Source of the DNA: a virus
Virus record (IMG/VR): IMGVR_UViG_3300037474_000032
Coordinates: 1-42,109 of that record
Direction: 5' to 3' (one strand)
Length of the DNA stretch: 42,109 nucleotides
Shown here: one piece after another, positions 41,278-42,109 of the stretch
Layout of the letters: each line of letters starts with the position of its first letter
Position numbering within the stretch: position 1 is the first letter of the stretch
Translations under genes and position numbers: made by a program
The notes under the pieces: generated by a model
Database searches by the model: none
What the model was told of the DNA's origin: nothing
The model's input: the letters and a program-made list of their open reading frames with translations, nothing else

Positions 41278-41463
41278 ATGCTCGATTTCAACGCCATTCT
41301 ACGCCGCCTGTCGGGGCTAAACCGCGAGGACCTCCGCCACATTGCTGACTCCTCCGGGGTGCCTTTTGACACCCTCTTAAAGATTGCCAACGGCGAAACG
41401 AAGAATCCACGCGTCCTGACCGTGGAGCCGCTGGTTGCCTATTTTGAGCGGGAGACGGCATGA
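41278..41463 (+). CDS. Cro-like small HTH regulator
   Basis: 61 aa, divergent from the repressor and directly downstream of the PR/operator. The segment REDLRHIADSSGVPFDTLLKIANGETKNP is HTH-like. Confidence 0.7.
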   Translation: MLDFNAILRRLSGLNREDLRHIADSSGVPFDTLLKIANGETKNPRVLTVEPLVAYFERETA

Positions 41464-41581
41464 GGTCGCCAATCCGATCAACGCTTCCTGCACATGACAG
41501 GATCATGAATGTGCGCGATTTTTCTTCCGGTTGCAAGCAATCAAAAGGCCTAGGTCGAATCGGCAATTGCGGCGGTGCGCA

Positions 41582-41986
41582 ATGAATGGCGATAAGCGCT
41601 CCGCACTGCATGAAATCGTTTGCGCGATTTGCGGCAAGAAGGATTTGCGTCGTGGTTCGAGCAAGAACTGCATGGCCTGTTCTCGTGAGCGCTCCGGCAA
41701 GTCCACGCATGTCTCTACTGGAAAGCCAGTAGGGCGCCCACGTAATGCCGCCCCTAAGGTCATCGAGCCGAAGAAAACCTTTTACTGCCTTGAGTGCCGC
41801 AATTACCTGCCTATTGAATTGCTGTCTCACAAAAAAGGAAAGGCCTGTTTTTGCGTGGCCTGCGCGAAAAAGATTAAGCGCAGTGTGGCTGGGCACAAAG
41901 CAAATCCGCGCCGCGTTTTGAAAAAAACGGCAACAGAAGCGCAACTTAACAATCTGTGCCGCTGGGTCAATAACCATGGCGGCTAA
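41582..41986 (+). CDS. Basic double zinc-ribbon protein (hypothetical early regulator)
   Basis: First ATG in ORF 41531..41986 (position 41531 is a TTG). Four CxxC pairs: CAIC..CMAC and CLEC..CVAC. Confidence 0.6.
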   Translation: MNGDKRSALHEIVCAICGKKDLRRGSSKNCMACSRERSGKSTHVSTGKPVGRPRNAAPKVIEPKKTFYCLECRNYLPIELLSHKKGKACFCVACAKKIKRSVAGHKANPRRVLKKTATEAQLNNLCRWVNNHGG

Positions 41987-42109
41987 GTTCTCCCCCCATC
42001 CCAATGACAGTAGCAGCGTCTCCTCCACGCCACGCACGCTGTCAGCGGCTTTTTTGCCAGCCGTAGGGATGTTTGCGACCGGTTGTTGTCTGCCGGTCGT
42101 TTTTTTATT
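41983..42109. repeat. Second copy of the 127-bp terminal direct repeat
   Basis: Identical to 1..127. Confidence 0.95.

Noticed and set aside
41288-42037. 249-aa minus-strand ORF
   Set aside because: It is antisense to the well-supported cro-like and Zn-ribbon genes and runs into the terminal repeat. It is R/A/L-rich with no recognisable domain.

Overview
This window looks like a complete temperate phage genome. Nt 1-127 are identical to nt 41983-42109, leaving 41,982 nt of unique sequence, so the contig is a circular-assembly overlap or carries a terminal redundancy. Regulation is lambdoid and the virion module looks podovirus-like (epsilon15/BPP-1-style by gene order; this is inference only).

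Map:
- Immunity switch (40.7-41.5 kb): a short XRE-type repressor on the - strand and a divergent Cro-like gene, with four 14-bp operators built around the palindrome CCGAATTCGG.
- Rightward early operon (41.3 kb, across the origin, to 5.7 kb): Zn-ribbon protein, DUF1376 and lambda-P-like replication genes, a tRNA-like element, a PD-(D/E)XK nuclease, an RNA-ligase-family enzyme and a Q-like zinc-finger protein.
- A ~0.9-kb ORF-poor, repeat-containing, apparently highly structured region (5717-6652) ending in an intrinsic terminator.
- Late genes on the + strand (6.65-29.4 kb): small and large terminase, portal, scaffold, major capsid, a sugar isomerase plus a three-domain glycosyltransferase embedded between head and tail genes, tail and internal-virion proteins with an embedded GNAT, a tail fibre, a beta-helix protein with a Tat-like signal, then lysis genes (GH108 endolysin, holin, nested Rz/Rz1).
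- A minus-strand accessory block (29.4-31.0 kb), followed by the tyrosine integrase.
- Leftward early operon (40.7 down to 32.1 kb): ERF recombinase, YbcO-like nuclease, DUF551 protein, an ice-nucleation-like octapeptide-repeat protein, many small unknowns and an excisionase-like gene.

Most noteworthy:
1. The tri-modular structured non-coding region upstream of the terminase genes, which shows internal compensatory changes.
2. The glycosylation cassette inside the structural operon.
3. A dispersed hairpin-plus-TAGGAGAG element family.
4. The 12 x 24-bp repeat protein.
5. A non-canonical tRNA-like element together with an RNA ligase.

All functional calls come from motif recognition by eye. 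No database search was run.
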